Source: an uncultured SAR86 cluster bacterium (GTDB taxonomy: Bacteria; Pseudomonadota; Gammaproteobacteria; Magnimaribacterales; D2472). From it: a DNA stretch of 64,000 nucleotides. The DNA is taken from contig CACJCN010000004.1 in NCBI GenBank assembly GCA_902591925.1, forward strand, positions 15,854 to 79,853, written 5' to 3'. A program made the position numbers and the translations under genes. The notes beneath the pieces were generated by a model. It was not told the DNA's origin and ran no database searches. It saw only the letters and a program-made list of their open reading frames with translations. Position 1 is the first letter of the stretch, and the number at the start of each line of letters is the position of its first letter. Positions 38,663 through 49,898 of this stretch are shown one piece after another.

Positions 38663-39286
38663 ATGACTAGATCTCTGGATTATTCCAGTATCAAGCCAAA
38701 AGTTTCTATTATTCTCGCTTCTGGTTCAGAGAGTAGAAAGCTCATGCTTGAAGAAGCTGGCATTGCTTTTGACGTCATCATTTCACCAACCGATGAAGAT
38801 TTAATTAAAAATAAAATATCATCTCTTCCATATAGCGAACAGGTTGTTCATCTCGCTAAAGCAAAAGCAGAGCCAGTAAGTGAGGAAAATACTGAATCAA
38901 TTGTAATAGGAGGTGATCAGATGTGTGTTCTAAATGATAATCTGCTTCATAAACCTGGTTCAAGAGATAAAGCTATAGAGAGTCTAAAACTTTTAGCTAA
39001 TCAAAAACATTTTCAACACAGCGGTGTGTGTATTTATAAAAATAATGAATGCTTATGGGAATATTCAGAAACAGTTGAATTAAAAATGCATGATTTAACT
39101 GAAAAGGAAATTATTAATTATGTTGATATTGAAAATCCAATAAATGCAGCAGGAGCATACAAATTTGAATCATTAGGATGCAATCTTTTTTCTTATGTAA
39201 ATGGCTCATCTCATACCGTGAGAGGAATGCCACTACTACCGTTGTTAAATGCATTAAGAGATTTAAATATAATTGATTTAGAATAA
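38663..39286 (+). CDS. maf: Maf family nucleotide pyrophosphatase
   Basis: IILASGSESR, VIGGDQ, HKPG, AGAY..E.LG. Confidence 0.88.
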   Translation: MTRSLDYSSIKPKVSIILASGSESRKLMLEEAGIAFDVIISPTDEDLIKNKISSLPYSEQVVHLAKAKAEPVSEENTESIVIGGDQMCVLNDNLLHKPGSRDKAIESLKLLANQKHFQHSGVCIYKNNECLWEYSETVELKMHDLTEKEIINYVDIENPINAAGAYKFESLGCNLFSYVNGSSHTVRGMPLLPLLNALRDLNIIDLE

Positions 39287-39289
39287 ATT

Positions 39290-40672
39290 ATGAACAGTAA
39301 ACAACCATTTCAATTGTTTAATACTTTAAGTGGTATCAAAGAGAGATTAGAGGCAATTGATCCAAAACATTTAAAAATTTATGCATGCGGACCAACTGTT
39401 TATAATTATGCACATATTGGTAACGCTAGAATGGCTGTTGTCTTTGATACTTTAGTTAGAACTCTTCGACTAATTTATCCGAAGGTCACATACGTATCTA
39501 ATATTACTGATATTGACGATAAAATCATCGAAGCAGCTAAAGAACAAAATGTTGAAATAACATCAATCACTGAAAAATACACTAAGATTTATAATGATGA
39601 TATGTTAAAACTAAATGTTTTAGCTCCCGATATTCAACCAAAAGCTACTGAGTACATACCTGAAATGATTGAACTCATAGTTGAACTAATTGAAAAGGAT
39701 TTTGCTTATGAAAAAGAAGGGCATGTGCTTTTTCACGTACCAACTTATCAAAATTATGGAAAGCTTTCTAAGAGAAATAGGGATGAGCAAATTGCTGGAA
39801 GCCGAGTAGAAGTAGCACCATTCAAGAAGGATCCTGCTGACTTTGTATTATGGAAACCTAGCACAGATGAACAGCCTGGTTGGGAATCGCCATGGGGAGT
39901 TGGAAGACCTGGTTGGCACACAGAGTGTTCAGCAATGTCAAAAAAAACTTTAGGACTTCCATTTGACATTCATGGTGGTGGAAGAGATCTTATCTTCCCT
40001 CATCACGAAAATGAAATTGCTCAAAGCTGTTGTACATCCGCAAATGTTGAAGAACCTGATTCTTACGCAAAGTACTGGATGCATAATGGTTTTGTAACAA
40101 TTAATGGTGAAAAAATGGCCAAATCTCTGGGAAATATAATTTTAGTAAAGGATTTAGCTGAAAATTATCACGGTGAAGTAATAAGGCTTGCTTTACTGTC
40201 ATCACACTACAGACAAGGACTAGATTGGAATGAAAAAGTTATCCATCAAGCAAAAAAATTAATTAATAAGTTATATCAAATTAAAGATGAATTGGATGAT
40301 GTAACAATCTCTAATAAAAATGAGAATAATTTAGATGCCATATCAATTCTAATGGATGACTTAAATACTCCAGGTTTAATAACAGAGTTGAATAACATCG
40401 TAAAAGAATATAATTCTTCTAATAGTGATAAAGAAAATTTAAAAAGTAGACTTAGCATAATTAGTTCAGTCCTAGGGATTCTTGAAGATAAAACTTTTAA
40501 AGAAATTCCTGAAGAATTAAAAAATAAAATTAATGAAATGATTTTAAAAAGATCCGAAGCTAAAAATAATAAAGATTTTAAAACAGCTGATGCCATTAGA
40601 GATCAATTAATTGAGCTGGGAGTTGAAATAAATGATTCCAGTGATGGTACTCAGTGGAATCTCAAATCATGA
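39290..40672 (+). CDS. cysS: Cysteine--tRNA ligase
   Basis: CGPTVY..AHIGN, GRPGWHTECS, KMAKSLGN. Confidence 0.96.
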   Translation: MNSKQPFQLFNTLSGIKERLEAIDPKHLKIYACGPTVYNYAHIGNARMAVVFDTLVRTLRLIYPKVTYVSNITDIDDKIIEAAKEQNVEITSITEKYTKIYNDDMLKLNVLAPDIQPKATEYIPEMIELIVELIEKDFAYEKEGHVLFHVPTYQNYGKLSKRNRDEQIAGSRVEVAPFKKDPADFVLWKPSTDEQPGWESPWGVGRPGWHTECSAMSKKTLGLPFDIHGGGRDLIFPHHENEIAQSCCTSANVEEPDSYAKYWMHNGFVTINGEKMAKSLGNIILVKDLAENYHGEVIRLALLSSHYRQGLDWNEKVIHQAKKLINKLYQIKDELDDVTISNKNENNLDAISILMDDLNTPGLITELNNIVKEYNSSNSDKENLKSRLSIISSVLGILEDKTFKEIPEELKNKINEMILKRSEAKNNKDFKTADAIRDQLIELGVEINDSSDGTQWNLKS

Positions 40673-41268
40673 CAAATCAAAGCAAATTTAATTTACCAGA
40701 AGTTTATTCAACTTTGGAGGAAACGCTTGAGAGTGCAGAAAAGATTTTAATAGCTGCGGTAAACGATGCCAAAACATTGTTTCATACCCCTGTTGTTTCA
40801 TCATTTAATGATAATCAGATAACTTCAAGAGTCATGGTGCTAAGAGAATTTAGTCTTAAAGATCGTAAAATGCGGTTTCATACTGATCATCGCGCAGCCA
40901 AGATAAATCATTTCAATAAAATATCAACTGCTTCGGTTATAGGCTACGATCCGGAGCTAAAAATACAAATTAAATTACAGGGAAATATATCAACTCATTA
41001 TGATGATGAAATCACTAAGACTGCTTGGGAACAATCCACATCAAGATCAAAAAAATGTTATTCAGTTAAAGGTGGATCCTCAAAAGAAATTACAAATCCT
41101 GAAGATTACGATATAAAAGATTTTGAAGTTGAGTCAGGCTATAAAAATTTTTCAGTTTTAGTATTTAACTTTAACTCACTTGAATTTTTATATCTAAAAA
41201 GTTCTGGACATAGAAGAGCTATTCATAAATGGGATGATGAATATCAATCAACATGGTTGGTTCCATAA
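40669..41268 (+). CDS. Pyridoxamine 5'-phosphate oxidase-like FMN-binding protein
   Basis: SRVMVLR..FHTD.R..K..QIKLQG; ATGA overlap with cysS. Confidence 0.75.
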   Translation: MTNQSKFNLPEVYSTLEETLESAEKILIAAVNDAKTLFHTPVVSSFNDNQITSRVMVLREFSLKDRKMRFHTDHRAAKINHFNKISTASVIGYDPELKIQIKLQGNISTHYDDEITKTAWEQSTSRSKKCYSVKGGSSKEITNPEDYDIKDFEVESGYKNFSVLVFNFNSLEFLYLKSSGHRRAIHKWDDEYQSTWLVP

Positions 41269-41271
41269 TTT

Positions 41272-41346
41272 TGGTGCCCTCTGCAGGAATCGAACCTGCA
41301 ACTAATCCTTAGGAGGGATTCGTTATATCCATTTAACTAAGAAGGC
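41272..41346 (-). tRNA. tRNA-Arg(CCT)
   Basis: GCCTTCTTAGTTAAATGGATATAACGAATCCCTCCTAAGGATTAGTTGCAGGTTCGATTCCTGCAGAGGGCACCA. Confidence 0.93.
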
Positions 41347-41370
41347 ATTAGAATATTTTAATTTTAAATC

Positions 41371-43224
41371 ATGATGAAATTTATAAAAGTACACAGATTT
41401 CTCTTAAGCTGTTTAACAATAATTTTTCTATCAAGCTTTATTGCATCAATAGTTCAATCAAGTTTTACAAAGGTTGAAATAGATTTAAAAGAATTAAGGA
41501 CAGATGATGGCCAGTCTTTAGTATATGATTTATATAAACCAAAGATAGCTAAAGAAGACAACAAAGTTCCTTTTGTAGTGGTTGTGCCTGGTTTTCAAAG
41601 ATCAAAAGAGGCTTTATCAAATATTGCCATTGAGTTATCTAGACGAGGTATGGTTGTAGCTTTAATAGATCCATATGCCCAAGGCATGTCGTCTTCTTCA
41701 ACTAGTAGAATTGCAGCAACTACTCAGGGATATGGAATGTTTGCACTTGTTGATTATGCACATGATGGAAATTTTCCATTTGTTGATATTAGCAAAATCG
41801 CCTCAACTGGTCACTCCATGGGTGGAAATGCTGCTATTAGGGGGGCTGATTTTTTTGGAAAGGAAGCTATAAATGAAAAGAGAAAAAGTAAACTACATTC
41901 TGTATATGTTTCAGGTTATGTATTGACACTCAGAGATGAAATTTTACGAGACTCAAGATCAAACATGGGAGTCAGTTACGCTCTATATGACGAAGGTGCT
42001 TTTAGAAATGAATTGGAAGGTTGGGATTCTGGAAATATGGAAATCGCTCCCGAATCATTAAGACTTATTAATAATGTTTTACCAGATGAAAACAAAGTAA
42101 ATAAGGTTGAGTTAGGAAAATATTATGGAAATAAAAATGAAAATACGCTAAGAGTCGTTTTCAATGAAAAGCTTTTGCATCCTTTCCAACCATATAATAG
42201 AGAGGCCACAGCCAATCAACTTGATTATTTTGAGAGAGTCATAGGTTTTCCAATTAAAATTGATTCGTCAAATCAAATTTGGCAGCTTAAAGAATTCTTT
42301 ACTCTATTGAACATGGTGATTTCTTTAATAATGTTAGTGCCTCTAACAAGGTTTTTTTTAAACATAACTTTTTTTAGAACGCTAATTAACCCTATTCCAT
42401 CTGCACTACCAAAGCAGACTCGAGAGGGAAAACTTGTTTTTTGGACAATTTTTGTCGTAAGTGCTGCCATTGCATGTATATCTTTTATTCCGATGGTAGA
42501 TTTAGCAAAAATTCTTTTTACTGATGCTGCCAATAGAGAACTTACATGGTTTTTCCCTCAGAGAATGAATAATTCTGTAATGTTATGGGCTGCGCTAAAT
42601 GGAACTATTGGCCTAATTATTTTTCTTTTATCTTATCTCTTGTTTGGTCGTTATCATGGGACAAAAAGAGAATCTTGGGGATTAAATATTTCTTTATTAG
42701 ATTTTGGCAAGACTTTCCTTCTTGGAATTTCAATCTTTACTGCATATTATTTGATTTTATTTATTGTTTATAATTTTTTTCACGTTGACTATAGATTCTG
42801 GTTTATGGGAGTTAGAGTATTTCAACCTGAAATGTTATTAGTATTAATGATGTATTTTCCATTATTTTTTATTTTCTTTTTTTCAAATTCTCTTCGGATA
42901 AATGGTTCAATGAGATTTGAAGGTCAGGCCGAATGGAAATCTAGACTTATCGGTGGCTTTGCTAATTCTCTTGGACTAATTTTTATAATTATTATTCACT
43001 ATTCAGTTTTTGCTGCAACAGGAAGAGTGTATTGGAGCTCTAATTCTACTGATTGGCTAAGCATCAATCTTTTATTTGGCATAGTCCCTATGATGTTTGT
43101 ATTGCCATATTTTAATAGAATATTTTTTCAGATGACTGGAAGAGTATACCTAGGACCGATTATAACTTGTTTAATATTCATTATGATTCTATCAACCAAT
43201 ACGGTTGTTTATCTGCCGATATAA
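41371..43224 (+). CDS. Alpha/beta hydrolase with multi-pass C-terminal membrane domain
   Basis: VVVPGF oxyanion region, GHSMGG nucleophile elbow, many C-terminal TM segments. Confidence 0.75.
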   Translation: MMKFIKVHRFLLSCLTIIFLSSFIASIVQSSFTKVEIDLKELRTDDGQSLVYDLYKPKIAKEDNKVPFVVVVPGFQRSKEALSNIAIELSRRGMVVALIDPYAQGMSSSSTSRIAATTQGYGMFALVDYAHDGNFPFVDISKIASTGHSMGGNAAIRGADFFGKEAINEKRKSKLHSVYVSGYVLTLRDEILRDSRSNMGVSYALYDEGAFRNELEGWDSGNMEIAPESLRLINNVLPDENKVNKVELGKYYGNKNENTLRVVFNEKLLHPFQPYNREATANQLDYFERVIGFPIKIDSSNQIWQLKEFFTLLNMVISLIMLVPLTRFFLNITFFRTLINPIPSALPKQTREGKLVFWTIFVVSAAIACISFIPMVDLAKILFTDAANRELTWFFPQRMNNSVMLWAALNGTIGLIIFLLSYLLFGRYHGTKRESWGLNISLLDFGKTFLLGISIFTAYYLILFIVYNFFHVDYRFWFMGVRVFQPEMLLVLMMYFPLFFIFFFSNSLRINGSMRFEGQAEWKSRLIGGFANSLGLIFIIIIHYSVFAATGRVYWSSNSTDWLSINLLFGIVPMMFVLPYFNRIFFQMTGRVYLGPIITCLIFIMILSTNTVVYLPI

Positions 43225-43254
43225 AAAATTGCATAACCAATCTATAATATTAAT

Positions 43255-45186
43255 ATGAAAATAACATTACCAGATAATAGTTCACGTGAACTTCCAGAGG
43301 GATCTTCAGGATATGACCTTGCGAAAGATATTGGTCCTGGATTAGCAAAATCTGCTGTTGCAGTATCTGTTGATGGTGTTCAAAGAGATTTGCATGATGT
43401 AATTGAAGGTGACGCATCTGTATCAATAATTACGATTGATTCTGATCAGGGCATTGAAATAATGAGACATACTCTTACCGCTCAAGTTCTTGCTAGAGCT
43501 ATTAAGAATCTTTATCCAAAGTCAAAATTAGCAATTGGACCAACAATCGATGATGGTTTTTATTACGATGTTGAATCTGAAAAGAGCATATCATCTGATG
43601 ATCTATCTAAGATTGAAGATGAAATGAAAAAAATTATTAAAACAAAGTCTTCAATAACTAAAAAATTAGTTTCAAAATCTGAAGCATTAAAGGTTTTTAA
43701 AGAAAACAAAGAATCATATAAAGAGATTATCGTTAATGAGTCCAAACAAAAAGACAATTTCCAACTTTATTATCAAGACGACAAAAAGTTTGTAGATCTG
43801 TGTCGCGGCCCACATTTGCCAAATTTAGAATTTATTGGCTCTTTTAAACTTACAAAAGTTTCTGGTGCATATTGGAAAGGCGATTCTGCCAATGCAATGC
43901 TCACAAGAATTTATGGAACTGCATTTAATAATGAAAAAGATCTTCAAAGTCATTTAGATAATCTTGAAGAAGCTTTGAAGAGAGATCATAGAAAGCTTGG
44001 CAAAGAAATGGATTTATTTCACTTTCAAGATGAAGCACCTGGAATGGTTTTTTGGCATCAAAATGGCTGGTCAATCTATCGAAAGCTTAGAAATTTCATT
44101 CGAGGAAGGCTTAAAGAAAATGATTATATTGAGGTGAATACTCCTCAAGTAATCGATAGAAAATTGTGGGAGGCCTCAGGTCATTGGGATAAATATAGAG
44201 AAAATATGTTTATAACAGAAATCGATGAAGAACATGCAAATGAAAAAAGAGTTAATGCTCTTAAGCCAATGAATTGTCCTGGCCATGTTCAAATTTACAA
44301 TCAAGGAATAAAGTCTTACAAAGATTTGCCTCTCAGATATGCTGAATTCGGTTTATGTCATAGATACGAACCTTCGGGGACTATGCATGGCTTGATGAGA
44401 GTTAGAGCATTTACTCAGGATGATGGCCATATTTTTTGTACTGAAGATCAAATAGAATCAGAAACTGGCTTATTTATAAAGTTCTTATCTGATATATATG
44501 CTGACTTAGGGTTCAAAAATTTTGATATTAAACTATCTACGAGACCTGAAATGAGGGTTGGATCTGATGAAACATGGGACAAAGCAGAGGAAGCATTAGA
44601 AGCTGCTATAAAGAATCTTGGATATCCATACAGAATCGATGAGGGAGATGGAGCTTTTTATGGGCCAAAATTAGATTTTGTTCTTACTGATGCAATTGGA
44701 AGGGAATGGCAATGCGGTACTTTTCAACTAGATTTCAATTTAGCTGAAAGACTAGATGCGACATATGTTGGTGAGGATGGTCAAAAACATACACCGGTTA
44801 TGATACATAGGGCAGTCTTGGGATCATTTGAAAGATTTATTGGAATTTTAATTGAAAATTATGCTGGTAAGCTTCCATTTTGGCTTGCACCTCAGCAAGT
44901 TGTTGTAGCTTCAATAATTTCTGATGTAAATGATTATTCATTAGAAATAATGGATTTATTAAATAAAGAAGGCATCAGGGCAGAAGTCGATTTAAGAAAT
45001 GAGAAGATCAGCTATAAAGTAAGAGAACATAGCTCAAAAAAAGTACCAGTTATTTTTGCAATTGGAAATAAGGAAAAAATTGATAGGACTGTTTCTGTTA
45101 GAAGAATTGGCAGTACTGATACTAAAGTATTAGATCTAGAAAAAGCTTTAAATGATTTAAAACAAGAAAATAGAGAATTAAATTAA
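43255..45186 (+). CDS. thrS: Threonine--tRNA ligase
   Basis: TGS domain, [43 protein letters not shown]. Confidence 0.97.
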   Translation: MKITLPDNSSRELPEGSSGYDLAKDIGPGLAKSAVAVSVDGVQRDLHDVIEGDASVSIITIDSDQGIEIMRHTLTAQVLARAIKNLYPKSKLAIGPTIDDGFYYDVESEKSISSDDLSKIEDEMKKIIKTKSSITKKLVSKSEALKVFKENKESYKEIIVNESKQKDNFQLYYQDDKKFVDLCRGPHLPNLEFIGSFKLTKVSGAYWKGDSANAMLTRIYGTAFNNEKDLQSHLDNLEEALKRDHRKLGKEMDLFHFQDEAPGMVFWHQNGWSIYRKLRNFIRGRLKENDYIEVNTPQVIDRKLWEASGHWDKYRENMFITEIDEEHANEKRVNALKPMNCPGHVQIYNQGIKSYKDLPLRYAEFGLCHRYEPSGTMHGLMRVRAFTQDDGHIFCTEDQIESETGLFIKFLSDIYADLGFKNFDIKLSTRPEMRVGSDETWDKAEEALEAAIKNLGYPYRIDEGDGAFYGPKLDFVLTDAIGREWQCGTFQLDFNLAERLDATYVGEDGQKHTPVMIHRAVLGSFERFIGILIENYAGKLPFWLAPQQVVVASIISDVNDYSLEIMDLLNKEGIRAEVDLRNEKISYKVREHSSKKVPVIFAIGNKEKIDRTVSVRRIGSTDTKVLDLEKALNDLKQENRELN

Positions 45187-45377
45187 TGATTGCAAAGATA
45201 TTTATATTACCAATAAGATTTTATAGATATTTCATATCACCTATGTTTCCTCCCAGTTGCAGATTTCATCCTACTTGCTCAGCTTATGCCATTGAAGTGA
45301 TTCTAAAATATGGTATTTTTAAAGGAACATACCTAGCAATAGTTAGAATTAGCAAATGTCATCCATGGCACGAGTAG
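45186..45377 (+). CDS. yidD: Membrane protein insertion efficiency factor
   Basis: YRYFISP...[10 protein letters not shown]...RISKCHPW. Confidence 0.9.
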   Translation: MIAKIFILPIRFYRYFISPMFPPSCRFHPTCSAYAIEVILKYGIFKGTYLAIVRISKCHPWHE

Positions 45378-45523
45378 TATTAAGAACCCTTTAAAAACGC
45401 CTTTTAAATAATATATTTAAATAAAATATATATTTTTATACATAAATTTACCTAATTAAGTTGTCCTTGAGGCTATTTTAGGCATAAAATAGTTAATTAC
45501 ATTCCAAATATTGGGGGATATTT

Positions 45524-48361
45524 ATGTCAAACGTTAATATTACAAACAAATTATTTTTAAGTTTTTTCTTAATTTTTTCTTTTTCATTTTCAGCATTTGC
45601 TCAAGAAGTAGAAGAAGTTGTGGTTACTGCCACGAAGAAAGAAGAGTCCATTCAGGACATTGCTGTATCTATTCAAGCTTTTGATGCTGATAGTCTTGCT
45701 GCTGAACAAATATATGACTTATCTGATTTAGCAGAAGTAGTTCCTGGCTTTGGTGTTTCCAAAACAATAGGCTCAGGATCAGCCTTTCTCGTAAGAGGAA
45801 TAGGTTCTTTTGGTATTGGTGCCGGCGTTACAGCTTCTATTGTGGCAGCAATTAACGGCCATAGTGTTAGCGAGAGCGTCATGAATGATTTGGGCTTTAT
45901 TGATTTAGAAAGAGTTGAGGTTTTAAAAGGTCCACAGGGCACAAAGTTTGGAAGAAATTCAGTTGCAGGTGTTATTAACCTTGTTACAGCAAGGCCTACT
46001 GACGAATTAGGTGGATACGTTGATTATGAAGTTGGCTCACTAGACAGAAATCTTATTAAAGGAGCTATAAACGTACCAATTTCAAATGATGTAAGAATGA
46101 GACTTGCATTTGCTTCGAATACAAGAGAAGGAATCGTGACCAATGAAGCGATAAAAGATTATTTTGTTCAAGACACTACTGAAGCCACATTTGATGATAG
46201 GAATGATCAGGCTATAAGACTTTCTTTAGATTGGGACATTAACGACATCACAGAACTTAAATTTACTTATTCTGGTCAAAAAAGTGAAGATAGCAGACCT
46301 CAGGAGGAAGTATCTTTTTGTCAACCTGATCAATTTTTTGGTTGCTCACCCTGGGAAAGAGGGCCTATGAATGCATCAGCTGATAGCAGAGGTATCGGTG
46401 CAGGATTTTTTGGGTTTTTTGCAGCACTTTATCCAACGTCAATTACTAATGGTTATGCAAATTCCCCACGTAGTACAGATTTTGGAAGTCAGTACTTAAA
46501 TAGAGTACCAATGCATTACCAAGAGGCTGAATTCACTAACTTACAACTAGATAGACAGCTTAATGATAATTTACTTTTAACAGCTAAATATACATATGAA
46601 ACAAGAAGATTTATGCAAATGAATGACAATGATGGTTCTATTTCTGTAGATCCTTTACTTGGTGCTGCGCAATCTTTAGGCCAGCCTCCAATAGTTGCCG
46701 ATTTATGTTTTGGTACACCAAACTTTGGATTTTGTGAGAGCGTTGATTCAGATAGATCATATGATTTTTCTGATGTTTTCTCGAATGGTTCTAATGCTGA
46801 AATCAATATAATTTCTGATTACGATGGACCATTTAACTTCACAGCTGGTCTATATTTCTATGATAATAGAAACGATAACGAGTACAGAGTTCAAACAACT
46901 GGTACTCAATTCATTGGTAGTTTTGCTACCCATCCATATTATCCAGTAGTTACTAATCTTCTAGGCATTGATTTTGGTGGTAAAGGTGGTGTTCCTTTCT
47001 ATCAAGGCTTATTACCTGTTGTTGCATTAGCACAAGATGCTTTAACCGCTCAAGCAATGTTGCAGATGGGATTACCAATCTCAGCAGTTCAACAAGCACA
47101 ACTTGAAGCTTTTGGAGAAGGTGTTGCTGCACTTCGAGCTTTACCTGATGTAATTGTACCCTTTGATATAAGAGGTACTTTAAGTGATCAGCACGTTAGA
47201 ACTTATTCAAGGGCACTTTATGGTGAGATGTATTATGACTTAAATGATACTACTAAATTAACTCTTGGCTTACGTTTTGACATGCTTGGTAATAAGACAG
47301 CAACTTACGATGGTGGCATTTTATCTGGTGACTGGTTGAGAGCTGGTGGGTTCTTATATGAAAATCGTATGGATGTCCCAGGATTAGTTACTGCAGTGAA
47401 ACAAGAGGAAGATACTGTAAACGGAATGATAGCTATTCAAAAATACTTACAAGATGACGTGATGGTTTATGGTAGTTATACCACTGCTTCAAAAAGTGCA
47501 GGATTAAATGCTGGTAATAATCCTGTGCCTTACGATAAAGAAGAAACAAGCGTTCTTGATCTCGGTCTGAGAGCTAAGTTTCTTGACGGTGCAATGCTAC
47601 TAAACATGAATGTCTTCAAAAACGATAACAAAGGAATGTTAGTTGCAACTATAAGAGACACTCAATCTTTTAACAATAATGTTGATGCGGAGATTACTGG
47701 TTTTGAAGGTGAGATGAACGTATTTTTATCTGATACAACTCAGTTACAATTTTCATGGTTGCTTGTTGATGCAGAAATTACTGATGCACCAGCTGTTATC
47801 AATTATCTCAACCCATTGAATGCCAATAGTGTTCTGCAGTATCTAGGCGCGGTAGATGGTGCTGGTGCGGGTTTTGTAACTGGTGCAGTCATGGACAATG
47901 GACAGCAATTATTTAAATCAGCTGGATTCAATTGTACTTCACCATTTTTTGCTCCTGCTGGTGGAGTTGCTTGCCCAGCAACTTTAGGAGTTCCGGTAAG
48001 TATCGCAGGAAATCCTTTACCTGCAACATCTGACTTAGAATACAGCTTATCTTTAACTCAACTGTATCCTACTGAAAACGGTGTTACATCTGCAAGACTT
48101 TCATACAGATACAGAGATGAAACTAACTCAGATCCATTTAATTATTCTAGATTTGATATCCCTGAACAAAAAACATGGGACGGATTAGTTAAATTTACTC
48201 CGAATAATGCAGATTGGCATCTCGGACTATATGTTAAAAACATTGCTGACGATCAGATTTTGAGTTACTTAAGATCTGGTAGTAACATTCAAGGTGGTCA
48301 ACTATATGGAAACTTTACTGAACCAAGAACGTTTGGACTTCAGTTTGGTATGTCTTTCTAA
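45524..48361 (+). CDS. TonB-dependent receptor
   Basis: Signal peptide, EEVVVTATKKEES, ERVEVLKGPQGT.FGRN..AGVIN, terminal Phe. Confidence 0.93.
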   Translation: MSNVNITNKLFLSFFLIFSFSFSAFAQEVEEVVVTATKKEESIQDIAVSIQAFDADSLAAEQIYDLSDLAEVVPGFGVSKTIGSGSAFLVRGIGSFGIGAGVTASIVAAINGHSVSESVMNDLGFIDLERVEVLKGPQGTKFGRNSVAGVINLVTARPTDELGGYVDYEVGSLDRNLIKGAINVPISNDVRMRLAFASNTREGIVTNEAIKDYFVQDTTEATFDDRNDQAIRLSLDWDINDITELKFTYSGQKSEDSRPQEEVSFCQPDQFFGCSPWERGPMNASADSRGIGAGFFGFFAALYPTSITNGYANSPRSTDFGSQYLNRVPMHYQEAEFTNLQLDRQLNDNLLLTAKYTYETRRFMQMNDNDGSISVDPLLGAAQSLGQPPIVADLCFGTPNFGFCESVDSDRSYDFSDVFSNGSNAEINIISDYDGPFNFTAGLYFYDNRNDNEYRVQTTGTQFIGSFATHPYYPVVTNLLGIDFGGKGGVPFYQGLLPVVALAQDALTAQAMLQMGLPISAVQQAQLEAFGEGVAALRALPDVIVPFDIRGTLSDQHVRTYSRALYGEMYYDLNDTTKLTLGLRFDMLGNKTATYDGGILSGDWLRAGGFLYENRMDVPGLVTAVKQEEDTVNGMIAIQKYLQDDVMVYGSYTTASKSAGLNAGNNPVPYDKEETSVLDLGLRAKFLDGAMLLNMNVFKNDNKGMLVATIRDTQSFNNNVDAEITGFEGEMNVFLSDTTQLQFSWLLVDAEITDAPAVINYLNPLNANSVLQYLGAVDGAGAGFVTGAVMDNGQQLFKSAGFNCTSPFFAPAGGVACPATLGVPVSIAGNPLPATSDLEYSLSLTQLYPTENGVTSARLSYRYRDETNSDPFNYSRFDIPEQKTWDGLVKFTPNNADWHLGLYVKNIADDQILSYLRSGSNIQGGQLYGNFTEPRTFGLQFGMSF

Positions 48362-48376
48362 GATCACATAACTTTT

Positions 48377-48406
48377 AAAGCCCAGTATTACACTGGGCTT
48401 TTTTTT
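48377..48406 (+). terminator. Rho-independent terminator
   Basis: AAAGCCCAGT-ATTAC-ACTGGGCTTT plus T-run. Confidence 0.88.
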
Positions 48407-48421
48407 ATTTATAATTTAGCT

Positions 48422-48901
48422 ATGAAAGCATTTCCATATATTCATAATTCAATCTTGGTTACTGAAAAAATGTGTGATCATAATGGTCACATGAATGTTA
48501 ACTATTACTATAAACTTTTTGATAGTGTTTATACTTCATTTTATATAGATGAATTGGGTTTTGGAGAGGATTATCTAAAAAGTGGTTTTTCTACATTTAC
48601 TCTTGAAGATAGTATTAGATATTTAAATGAATTTACACTTGGTGAGTTGGTATATCCATCTTTTACTCTTTATAAAGCTAACAAGAAACTATTGCACTTT
48701 GTTGGCATTTTACAAAATGCTGATTCAGATCTTGCAGCCATATTTGAGACAGTTCTTGCTCATATTGATCTTAATAAAAGGAAAGTTGTTAATTTTTCAG
48801 ATGAAAAAATCAAACATTTACAAAATGTTTACTTGGAACAAAGAAAAATGATAGATATTCCTTTTGAAATCAAGCTTCATATAAAAGATATAAATGAATA
48901 A
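48422..48901 (+). CDS. Thioesterase (hot-dog fold, 4HBT-like)
   Basis: CDHNGHMNVNYY..LFD. Confidence 0.8.
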   Translation: MKAFPYIHNSILVTEKMCDHNGHMNVNYYYKLFDSVYTSFYIDELGFGEDYLKSGFSTFTLEDSIRYLNEFTLGELVYPSFTLYKANKKLLHFVGILQNADSDLAAIFETVLAHIDLNKRKVVNFSDEKIKHLQNVYLEQRKMIDIPFEIKLHIKDINE

Positions 48902-49898
48902 TTTCATAAAGACATTTTTACTTTTATTTTTAATAGTGCCTACCACAAGTTTTGGATATGAATTTAGTGCTATGACATTAAATGTAGATAATTTATTTGA
49001 TACTTTAGATGATGTAAAAAAAGACGACAAAGCATATCTTCCAATTGAATTTAAACAATCGGAAGCTCATAAAAAATCATGTAATAGAATACCAGTAAAC
49101 TCGTGGAAAAATGAATGTTTATATCTAGATTGGAATGAAGAAACAAAAAATGCCAAGTTAAGAAATATTGCAAACAGTATCATTTCTTATGGTCAAAACG
49201 GACCAGATATAATTGCTCTTCAGGAAGTTGAAAATACTAATATTCTTAGTCAATTATTAAACTTACTAAAGCCCTATGGATATATTGATTCAGTTTTAAT
49301 AGAAGGAAAGGATTACAGAGGCATTGATACTGCTTTAATTAGTAGGTTCAACATAATTGATTCTAAGTTGCACTATATAAAGTTTTCAGGTGAGTTTGAG
49401 GGTAGGGATACCAGACCAATTCTTGATGCAACTTTAGAAATAAATGGAGAGAAGTTAAAAATATACAACGTTCATTTTCCTTCTGGATTTCACGATGTAT
49501 CAATGAGAATTGATTCCTTGGATGTTCTGTCTGGATTACTTAATAGACATAATTACCCAACTATTGCTCTTGGTGATTTTAATGTAAATACAAAAGAGGA
49601 CAACAAACTAAATATATATAAATCTCAAGAAGTTTTCTGGAGTGTTGCTCATATTTATGCATGTGATGATTGTAAAGGCTCTTATTATTACAACTATGGC
49701 AAAACATGGGAGTTTTTGGATACTATATTTTTGTCTAAGGGCAGAGGAATTTCATACATCGAAGACACAATAGAAATATATCGAACAAAATCTAATTCCT
49801 ATAATGATACTGGCAAACCAATTAATTTTAATCCTACAAAAAAATACGGCATTTCAGATCATCTGCCGATGGTAGCAAGATTTGAGATTTTTAATTAG
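48894..49898 (+). CDS. Secreted endonuclease/exonuclease/phosphatase family protein
   Basis: Signal peptide, NVDNLFD, DIIALQEVEN, LGDFN, SDHLP. Confidence 0.88.
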   Translation: MNNFIKTFLLLFLIVPTTSFGYEFSAMTLNVDNLFDTLDDVKKDDKAYLPIEFKQSEAHKKSCNRIPVNSWKNECLYLDWNEETKNAKLRNIANSIISYGQNGPDIIALQEVENTNILSQLLNLLKPYGYIDSVLIEGKDYRGIDTALISRFNIIDSKLHYIKFSGEFEGRDTRPILDATLEINGEKLKIYNVHFPSGFHDVSMRIDSLDVLSGLLNRHNYPTIALGDFNVNTKEDNKLNIYKSQEVFWSVAHIYACDDCKGSYYYNYGKTWEFLDTIFLSKGRGISYIEDTIEIYRTKSNSYNDTGKPINFNPTKKYGISDHLPMVARFEIFN

